Shown here: positions 1 through 9,500 of the stretch, piece by piece | Numbering within the stretch: the first letter of the stretch is position 1 | How the letters are laid out: each line of letters opens with the position of its first letter | Source: Hydrurus foetidus | Lineage: Eukaryota | Direction: 5' to 3' | Assembly (NCBI GenBank): GCA_900617105.1 | Contig: UYFQ01000292.1 | Span: 47,993 to 67,992 of the forward strand | DNA: 20,000 nt | Program-made: the position numbers and the translations under genes | The notes under the pieces: generated by a model | What the model was told of the DNA's origin: nothing | The model's input: the letters and a program-made list of their open reading frames with translations, nothing else | Databases searched by the model: none

Positions 1-1900
1 ATTCTCTCTTCCTTCTCTACCTCTTTTTCATCAGTAGAGTTGAGGTAGAAGAACATTCTTTGCAGTTCTCCATCGGTACAATGAATTCCTAATTCTTCTC
101 CGCTTTTCTGCACCCCTGCCCTACCTACCACTTTGAAATATCCGTTATTACTATTATTACTAATCTCACTACCAAGATTATTATCATTATTATTACTCAT
201 TTTTTGACCTTCCTTTTTGCCACTCATCTTCCCTTCTATCATTTTATACATTTCCCTCCCTGTTTTCATAGCACTCTTGATACTTCTGAGGACACCCTTT
301 TTACCACTCTCATCTGCACTACCCACTATTCCTCCCCCCTCGGCCTCGTGTTCGATTTCCAGTCCAAACCTTTCTATCAGCCCCTCTACATACGACACAT
401 TAACTGCACCTGCAGAAATAGCTGCCCCAAAGGTCTTCGAGAAAATATCCCTTAAGGTCTCCCCGCTTCTCATTCCTTCAGATGACACGTCATCGAGAAG
501 AGACCGTGGGTCAGATGATGATGAGTTCTTCTTCTTACCGTCTAATAGAGTAGTTTTTGTTACAGCTGAAGAGTGTTCTGTAGCTTGAAGTATGCATGCG
601 GTATCGAGAAGGCTGAGTATCCGATCATACAAATCACCATCCTTACTTAGCATCCGATCATTTGAGGCTAGGTCCGGTGCAATAATTGTCCGTAGTACGA
701 TAGCCTCCGTTAAACCCGTTACAGCGAGTTGTGATTGTTTGCTATTAGGAGACTGCGATGATACAGAAGGACCATCAAGCGCTCTTTTTAATCTTCTCAG
801 TTCCGCTTTGCTAAGCCCCATATTGATCGATATCATGGCATCTTCATATTCTGAAACTTCAGCAGAAGATTCTTTATTGATTCTGAATTTACCACTGCTG
901 TTGGATTCGTAGTATGAAATGATTCGCGCACCAGCGGAAGGTTCTTCTTCTAAAGTATTCCTAAGACTACTTTTAAGATCGATAAGAAGTTCTTTTTCTG
1001 ATCTTCCCAGTCCCATTCTGTCGATCCAAAGGGAGTAGTCAAGATTAACACCATCATCGCTGTAATTCGTAAATATCAAACATAAGTCTGCGTCACGCAT
1101 GCTGATAGACATGGCGCGTAGAGCCTGTTGGAATTCATCGAGATCCACGGTTCCTAAGGGAGTGGAGTGCGACTGCTGATCCAGAGCAGTGAACACTGCT
1201 TTCATCCTCCTTCTCGCGTCCTCCTTTCCCAACACAGAATCCGCAGTGAAAGATACCGTGCCAACCAGTGCATCCTTAGATTGCTTATCCCCATAAGAAG
1301 TTGAAGTCGACGCCAAAATAAGCGCCCTCAAGCTATCAACAGCACTGAGAACTAGGGCAAGATCCAGTACTCGAGGTGGATCTAATTTGATGCCGGAAAC
1401 TTCTGATAAACTCCGAACAACTTCGTCTTTGGCAGCCATCCGCTCAGTATCAGTTGTCTTGATTTTCTTTGCCTCTTCGTCAGGTTTCACAAGTTCCTCA
1501 ATTACTTTCGATTCTTTTATCAAGTCTTTGTCAATAGAAATAGTTGTCTCAACCTCTAATTCTTTCGAAGAATCAGATCCTTTCAAGATCCTCGACTCTG
1601 TTCTAACCTGACCCTCTGCAACATCCGATGGCAACGCTGTTGTCTCGCTCGATGGCGTAGGATCAGTCCTCCTCCCTGTTGCAGATTCATCATCTGTCGC
1701 AGTTATTATCGTAAGATTGGGAGCTGCTTGTTTAACTGATAACCCTGTATCAGCCATCGTCGCCGACACAGGTGACGAGCCGTTTAAAAGCTGACGTTGT
1801 CCCGTTTTAATCTCCTCAAATATCTCAGCACAGCTTATCGCATTGTGCTTCTGCTGCCAGAGATTTTGAAAATAACGAGCCAGGCCTCTGGCCTCTGGAC
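1..1900 (-). CDS. Large exon (~633 codons, open to the window edge) of an uncharacterised protein with divergent EF-hand-like motifs; 3' partial, 5' exon(s) unresolved (probably ~1950-2240)
   Basis: Manual minus-strand translation is stop-free from the acceptor ttttag|GTCCA (AG ends at 1901) to position 1: GPEARGLARYFQNLWQQKHNAISCAEIFEEIK...ARRRMKAVFTALDQQSHSTPLGTVDLDEFQQALRAMSISMRDADLCLIFTNYSDDGVNLDYSLWIDRMG...LGIHCTDGELQRMFFYLNSTDEKE. An in-frame TGA near 1924 means the exon needs splicing or an internal ATG (~1757). It is probably absent from the ORF track because no stop lies in the window. The EF-hand call is from motif resemblance only. Confidence 0.8.
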
Positions 1901-2249
1901 CTAAAATTCTGTGAATTCGAATTCAAATCATCATTTCTGGGGAACGAGGAACGAGGGTTCCATATTCCATAATGTACTGTGTCCTATACTCCATCCCAGT
2001 GAAGTTACTGATAAGGGTGCGTTACGCCATGATTCTACTAATCGTCTACTATGAGTACATGATTGTGATGTCAAATTTAGGTACATCTTCTCTCTCGAAG
2101 TATTCTCCAATTCCACGAAGTAGCTCATTAACGCAATTTCATGCTCCATACCTGCTCATTCCAAGTGCAGGTACAATATTTGACGAAGGCTGTGGATACA
2201 GGAATGGAATGAGTCGAAGGACATTTGGCATTTGTCATTTGAAAGATTG

Positions 2250-2784
2250 ATTATGATACGTTCTAGACATACTCGCATAATTTCTAGAAAAATTAACATA
2301 AACTCACAAACTGAATAAACGAGACCAACATGACTCTATCGAGTTATGGGACTTAAAAAAAACTATTGAGCAGCTGTAACTTTTAACTTCATGAAGTAAC
2401 TGATGCATAAAAAACGTCAGTTACATTACCGATTACGGTCACTACCGTATACGGTCGGACGGAAAATCCGTGGAAATAACGGTTTTGGATTCGTTCTTCC
2501 CATTTTCCATTTTTACTTTTTACTTTTCTTTTTACTTTTTACCATTTCAATTATTTGAAGTCAAGTCGACACTCCTCTCTCGCAAGTTTCATGCAGTTCA
2601 ATCGGGTTTCAATAGCATTTGTTTGCCTGGCTTCTTCTCGACATCTTGAGGGAAAACAATTCTTGAACGCGGCTTCGTCTGCCTGTAATTCGCAGTGTTG
2701 TGACTGTAGACTTCTGTCGGAAATTCTCAATTCCAGAATTTGGAAGGATAACGGTCATCATTGTAAGCTTCAACATCTCCGATT
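2250..2784. promoter_or_regulatory. Putative bidirectional promoter between the EF-hand-like gene (-) and the Nocturnin-like gene (+)
   Basis: Head-to-head gene arrangement. It contains a cluster of short palindromes at 2396-2485 and a pyrimidine tract of (TTTTTAC)-like units at ~2500-2548. Confidence 0.45.
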
Positions 2785-5685
2785 ATGAACTTTTCATATC
2801 GCCATTGGGATGCAGTGCTGTTCTGCCTGACTTTTTTCCAGCAAAGTTTATCTTTGACCAGAAGTAGCTTACCTGCCACGAGGAAGTTTTTGACTCTACC
2901 AGCACCAGAATTAGAGGTTTCAAGTTCAACGTCGAATCCATTAATTTTGCGAGTGTTGCAGTTCAACTCCCTTGCTGATGGTTTAGCTGGGCTCCGTCCT
3001 GACTTAGGTCGCTTCAATCGAGCCTCAAAAGAGATTTTGTCATGGGATCACAGGAAAAGTCGCATTCTGCACGAAATTACTCAATATGAGCCTGATATTA
3101 TTACGATGCAAGAGGTGGACCATTACTACGACTTCTTCTTACCGGAACTAAGTGCCCGTGGGTACACTGGTTTCTTTGCCCCCAAACCCACATCAGCATG
3201 CTTAGAGGTATCAAAGAATGAGGATGGTTGTGCAATGTTTGTGAAAAGGAAAAAACTGCGTGTGATATCTTGTGAAACGAAAACGTTAGCACTTTCAATA
3301 GCTGGGCAAAATGCAGATGGTGAATTGGTTGAAGATGACAAAAGCATCAAGGCACAGAGCCAAGTTGGATTAATAGCTGTGTGTGAGATATGCAACTGGC
3401 AGCCTCCTAACTTCAACAGCAGCAGCACGAAGAGAGTCTTCACTCTGGATGAATACGAGAAGCGTGATATCCAGCAAGAAGAGGAGGAGTTCGCCAGACA
3501 GAATTCTCCCCCTCCTATTATCATATCTACGACCCATTTGAAGTCTTCCAAATCTTACACTGGAGAAAGATATCGTCAAAAAGGTAAAATATGTATTCGT
3601 GAAAAGTGTGGATGAGAAGTACGATATCGTTGACTGCTGTGTAAGTGCAGCACAAAATGTGTTTGTCCCATTTGTAAAAGAATTTGGATATGCTTACTGA
3701 ATGCAATAAGTGTGTTCAACACACGTGTTCACGCGATACGTATTTCTGTGACATATATGTAGGTGTGATGCAGATACTGAACGACACAGACAAGATCTAC
3801 ACAGCGATGTCGGCAGCAGGTGAACATACTAACTTTTGCTCTCCTTTTTAAAACTCTACTATTAATAACTGTTTTGAAATAACCAAGTCTTATTTCATTT
3901 CATCTGCTATTGTAATCTTTCTTGTCTCAATATGTGTATTTTATAAGGGTTGTAACCTTTATTGTACTGTACTGTACTGTACTACTGTACTGTACTGTAC
4001 TGTACTGTACTGTACTGTACTGTACTGTACTGTACTGTACTGTACTGTACTGTACTGTACTGTACTGTACTGTACTGTACTGTACTGTACTGTACTGTAC
4101 TGTACTGTACTGTACTGTACTGTACTGTACTGTATTGTACTGTACTGTATTGTACTGTACTGTACTGTACTGTACTGTACTGTACTGTACTGTACTGTAC
4201 TGTACTGTACTGTACTGTACTACACTGTACCGTACTATGCTAAACTGTACCGTACCGTACTGTACTGTACTGTACTATTCTATACTGCCAAACTTAAGAC
4301 CCTCATATATTCTACTTGATCCCCTTCATCCCCTTTAGGACGCACCCCTGCAGTTGTTCTGTTAGGATGTTTTAATGCAGTGGCGGAACAGTGTACGTAC
4401 CCCCCTCTAACTTACAGAGCTGTCAAAGGTACGTACGTACGTATTTATGTATGTCTGTATGTACATGTGTATGTAATATTTGTATGTGTGCCTGTATATA
4501 CGTAAGTATGCATGTTATTATGTATGAATATATGTATGAAATGTATATATGTACGTAAGTTCATTTATATGAATGAGTGAATGTATGAATGAATGCATGC
4601 AGGCATGTATGTATGTACGTACGTGTGTAACGTTAGTGTGAGTGTGCGTTAGTTTGGAACGGGAGCAGCGTTGTTTTGATACCAGTCCGTTCATATCGGA
4701 GTGCTAGTTTCTCTGTGCAGCAGTAAACTCGAAAACGTCTATGTACTCCGCTGCATAAAGAGTATCTATACATGACAATATTCTACGTGTGCTGAATCGT
4801 ATTATGCTATATCATATCGCAACATATCATTTTGCTTGATATCTTCATTCTTACATAAACATATCCAGTTCTGTCCCATCTATTCACTCATGCCCGGACC
4901 TATCCTTATTATCCTCATCTATTCTATATTATCCTCATCTACTCCCTACTATGCTGTGCTGTGCTGTGCTATGCTATTTAACAGGACATCGTCTGGGACT
5001 GCGTAGTGTGTACAACGAAGACGTGCCTCTCAGCCCCACACCATTGAGCAGTAGAGATCTATACAGTACTTGGAAATCGAGAGAAAAATTTCAAAAAGAA
5101 TTCGTAGTCAAAAGATCAATTGACTATATATTTTATTCCCCTTATAAAAAAGGTAGTAAAATGAAAAAGTCAGTGGAGACTTCAGAAAAGAAAAAAGAAG
5201 AAAATGCGGTAGCCTATTCAGTGCAACAAGTTTTGATAACGATTATTCTTCGTTTTCTCGTATTTTTTGCCTGGGGATTGTTGCCGATATCATCTCTATT
5301 AAGCGCAACAATGGACTGGTCTGAAAAAATAGTAGTTATTTCATTGTCGATTATAGGATTGTCCATTTTTGAAGTCGCGTCAGAAGGGACGGTATTCAAG
5401 CCGGAGATGGCCGCACCGTATTCCAGTATAGCCCCTAAGTTCTTAGCGATGAGTAATGAGAAACTGGCAGAGAAAAGAGTGGCGGAGAGGATGATACGAG
5501 CACGTGTTGGTGCGCTCAGTAGCTATCTGATGCCAAAACAAAGTAGTGATGGTCGTCCCGGCTTGCGCTGCTTGTCTGTGTTGGACGTTTTTAGTGAAGC
5601 AGAGATGGGCGAGATGTTGATTCCCTCGGAGTCCTATCCGTCCGATCACATCGCCATAGCTTCTGATCTACAATTGCTGTGGTGA
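2785..5685 (+). CDS. NOCT: Nocturnin/CCR4-like EEP (exonuclease-endonuclease-phosphatase) family protein, 548 aa, 4 exons: 2785-3583, 3763-3819, 4339-4428, 4985-5685
   Basis: All three introns are GT-AG and phase 1, and the joined CDS is 1647 nt and in frame. Motifs match animal Nocturnin: RVLQFNSLA, PDIITMQEVDHYYDFFLPEL..GY.G.F.PKP.S.CL.V...DGCAMF, THLK, LLGCFN (for GDFN), YSTWKSR, IDYIFYS, PSESYPSDH. Confidence 0.9.
3963..4275 (+). repeat. (CTGTA)n pentanucleotide microsatellite in Nocturnin intron 2
   Basis: About 50 near-perfect CTGTA units to ~4220, degenerating towards the acceptor at 4338. Confidence 0.97.
4429..4625 (+). repeat. Degenerate (GTAC/GTAT/GAAT)n tetranucleotide repeat at the 5' end of Nocturnin intron 3
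   Basis: gtacgtacgtacgtatttatgtatgtctgtatgtacatg... begins at the donor GT itself. Confidence 0.75.
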
Positions 5686-5994
5686 ACACAGAAATAGAAA
5701 CAGAGGACAGTTTACAAATATATATATATTGTACTTTAAAACAGCGTTTTTTGTGAGCCCTTTTTTTTCGTATTTCACTTTCCCTCTTTTCTTTTGTGTT
5801 ACTTTTTTAAGTCGGTTTGAAGGAAATCCTCTTCATTCTAAATTTGATCTTTAGCAGTGTGCATCATATGTGCGTACGATACTATAAAAAATGTCTTTTT
5901 GAAAATAATACAAGACTAAATTATGTATGAGTTAAACAAAATACAATTTCTCATTTAAAGTCTTGCATTCTTGAAATATTTGAGAACACATGGT

Positions 5995-6390
5995 AAGAAA
6001 CGATAAGATAAGATACGATAAGATAAGATACGATAAGATACGATACGATAAGAAACGATAAGATAAGATACGATAAGATACGATACGATAAGATACGACA
6101 CGATAAGATAAGATACGATAAGATAAGATACGATAAGATAAGAAACGATAAGATACGATAAGATACGATAAGATCAGATACGATAAGATACGATAAGATA
6201 AAATAAGATACGATAAGATAAGATAAAATAAGATATGATAAGATACGATAAGATAAGATACGATAAGATACGATAAGATAAGATACGATAAGATACGATA
6301 AGATAAGATCAGATACGATACGATAAGATCAGATACGATAAGATACGATAAGATACGATAAGATAAGATACGATAAGATAAGATACGATA
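5995..6390 (+). repeat. Compound (GATAA/GATAC)n pentanucleotide microsatellite
   Basis: About 79 units mixing GATAA and GATAC, with occasional GATCA and GAAAC variants. Confidence 0.95.
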
Positions 6391-7981
6391 CTGGCAAATA
6401 TAAATATGACTGAGATTTTATGCGTTGTTTGAAAAAGAGTTTAAGAAGAGTTCACTGCAGAACATATGGGAGGAAAGATATTGAATAGATAGGTTCAGAC
6501 GTCTCCGAGGTAGGAAATGACTGAGCAAACTAGCTCCCTATGACAATTGATAAGTGCCTTTCCCACGAAGCAAGAAAGGAACTGAACAAAGTAAGTAATG
6601 ATGCAGATGGAAAATCACATCAGCGTAGCGTCATATCATTATAATGCAGCATAGCATAGATACAGAATGAAGGAATGAGAAATAAGAAATGAGAAAATAA
6701 GGAAGGCAATCCGAGTAACAAAAGTCGGATTAGAACGGGACTAATTAGTAATCCAATCGGAGCTAGCTGCCATTGAAAATCCTAAAAAATCTTTCAAGAA
6801 AAGAAATTACAAATACAGGCTAATGTATCAGTGGTCTACAAGAAAAAAAAAAAAAAATGAACGATGAAAATGAATATAAAAAAAGTAATAAAATGCTAAA
6901 AAAGAAGTTTAGCGTTAGCGATGCCACCGTACAGAAAGAAAGACAAAAAGAAAGGATCAATATTGCAGGAGAGATGCAAGCCTATGACAAACTGAAAAAA
7001 GAGTGAAGATGTCCGTGCACACGGATAGGAAGAATAAAAATTTACAAATCATCTGAAAGAGAAAGAACAAAATTGCTCCGAAACACTTTACTTACGACAC
7101 CAATATACTTCTCATTTATCATCCGAATTTGTTACACACATAAAATATCACACATCTCCGCGTAACAGTCAGGAAGTGAGCAACTCTGAGAATAACTGAT
7201 ATGTGCTAGAATCCGTAAATTCATTGAACAATAACTAGCGCAATTTCGTGATTCTCAGAACAAAGCTAGAATCACGAATTTGATTCACGGTTTGTACTGG
7301 AGTTAGATAGGAATACATCTCTTCTCGAACCTTTTCTAGATGATATTTTACAATTTCGGATATTTGGTGAAATTATTACCGATTCGCAATTGGAGAGAAA
7401 TCTTATTTTGTTTCAAATCTGCACGTAAACATCTCCTCTTCATATGTGTTTTACCTTCAGGATTAAATATGCCTGATAAGGTGATCAATTGCACCTCCTC
7501 TCCATGTCTTAAATAGATGTGCTCCATTTTGTGTTTCACATAGTGTTCGCCAATGCACTGCGCGACTTGAGAAAATTCTGTTTGAATATTCCCGGCATTC
7601 TTAGAGATGTCGAGAAATCAAGATTCATGATACCTCTCTACGTAATGAAGATTTGGTACGCCAATCTGAAGATATAGTTCGCCATTCAGCAGTTGTAAAT
7701 GATGGATAACTTCTATCAGTCAAAGATGACATTCCTCCGATCTTCATTCGTACGTGGCTACTGCATTGCAAGAAAATATGGACTGTAAGAAACTTTTGTT
7801 TAAGAACATTTAAGAGGTCAGGACTGAGGGAGAAACCATTTACGCTTGCGATATGAGTGATTATTGTATATACAAAATAACCTAGCAAATGAATTTCCAT
7901 TCTTTGATGAATTGCAATACGCATCGCACTACCAAGAACATTCTTCATTCAAGAATTCTCAATGCCAAGAACATCCTGCGT

Positions 7982-8840
7982 TTAAGAATTCTCAGAGCCC
8001 ATTACAAACGAATGCACAGCAAATGCAAAAAATAACATCCCACCAACAGTCGCCACCGCTTTTTCTGATATTCTAGCCGCAAGCATACGGCCGCCGACAA
8101 CGGCCACACCAGTGCAAAACGCGTGCCCTATTAGACCCCCTAAAACGACACCAAAAGGGTTTTTGGAGGCTGCCAGCGCAATCGTAGCTATCTGGGATCT
8201 GTCGCCCCACTCCGCCAGAAAAGTTAATGTAAATGCTTGGGTGAATACTCGCAACTGCTCTGCGCCCTTTGAAGGACTTTGTTTCGAAGATTTTTTGCTC
8301 TCTCCGCCCTCGACATCGTGTTTGTCCTCATCTCCACCACCCTCTGTTTTTTTGTCGATCAGTTCCTCCTCTACTTCAAGCAATTCGTCAGAAGCCTTGC
8401 CTCCTTCCATCTCGTATGCGTCTTTTAGTAAACGGAATCCAAAGTACAAAAATAGAATTATACTTGCGATATGTGTGTACTGTTTCGGCAGCAGAGACGG
8501 AAGTGCAAATCCCATCAGAACTGACAAGATGTGCATGACTGCAAGAGCGCCCATCGCGCCGAGGTAGACGACCAATCTGCCATTCCTCATTGCTAGCACC
8601 TGAGTAACAGCGAATTTCAGTACATGTTAAGTGAACTGAAGGATTGGAGAATACAGCTAAAATGATTCAATTTCTTACCGCTGCAATGAAAAAAGTTTTG
8701 TCTCCGATCTCGGTGACTAAAATGACAACTAGCGACTTTACGGTTGCGCTAAAAAAGTCGGTGCCACGAGTAATGGCCAGCTCAGAAAGCATTAGACTGG
8801 CTTTTTGTCCGACGACAGGATCAGACACAATGGAGGCCAT
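7982..8840 (-). CDS. TMEM165: TMEM165/GDT1 (UPF0016) family Ca2+/Mn2+ transporter, 259 aa, 2 exons: 8840-8679 and 8599-7982
   Basis: Both family signature motifs are present: EIGDKTFFIAA in exon 1 and EWGDRSQIAT in exon 2, with an acidic central loop (ELLEVEEEL). The intron is 79 nt, GT-AG, phase 0 (8678-8600). An in-frame TAG lies upstream of the ATG at 8840. Confidence 0.95.
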
Positions 8841-9500
8841 GGAAGACGAATACAGCTAGCTCCGGATAACTCAATAATTGAGGCCTGTGTCCAGATGCCA
8901 CCACTCCACCAGTCGATCAAGCAAAAATGACCGAAGGTTCCTTGCTTACCAGTTCCAGCAGTGCCTGTTCCCCAAATGATCTGGCAAAAAATCATCTGTT
9001 TCGGATCGAAAGTTTGCTCGAGTTGCGGGCTCCTCGAGATTCGACTGCGGGGGAGGTTTTTAATTTTTAGAGATCTCTCAACAATAAAGCCTTCTTTCAG
9101 TAAATTAGCTGCATATTCAAATAAAAAGTAGGATTGTATTTGAATATTTGCTTTTGGAACGTCGAAGTTTCTTCACAGTGGAATATCTTCTAGTCTCTAC
9201 ATCGAATGGTACCATAATTTAACTCGTCCTGACAACCAAATATCCACTCTTTTCCTCAATAACGATCAATCGTTGACACAATTTAGTTACTGTCCATAAA
9301 AAGTCAACTTGTGTGAGGGAAATTTGATTGTTGACGATACTTTTACAGAAATTCCATCGAAATATGCTCGAGCCGTGTCGTGGAGTGACATTTTAGATAA
9401 AGCAACTTTCAGTCCGATCGATAACAAACTGATTTTGTGAGTCATAGATTTCTCAAACGAGAACTGTGTGAAGTGCATACTATAACACCGAAGATATCAC

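Noticed and set aside
204..1611. Several + strand Ser/Leu-rich ORFs
   Set aside because: Antisense shadows of the long minus-strand exon.
3922..4338. ORFs encoding (YCTVL)n
   Set aside because: Translation of the intronic CTGTA microsatellite.
7245..7278. 11-bp stem hairpin TTCGTGATTCT/AGAATCACGAA
   Set aside because: Short, plausible by chance, and without RNA-gene context.
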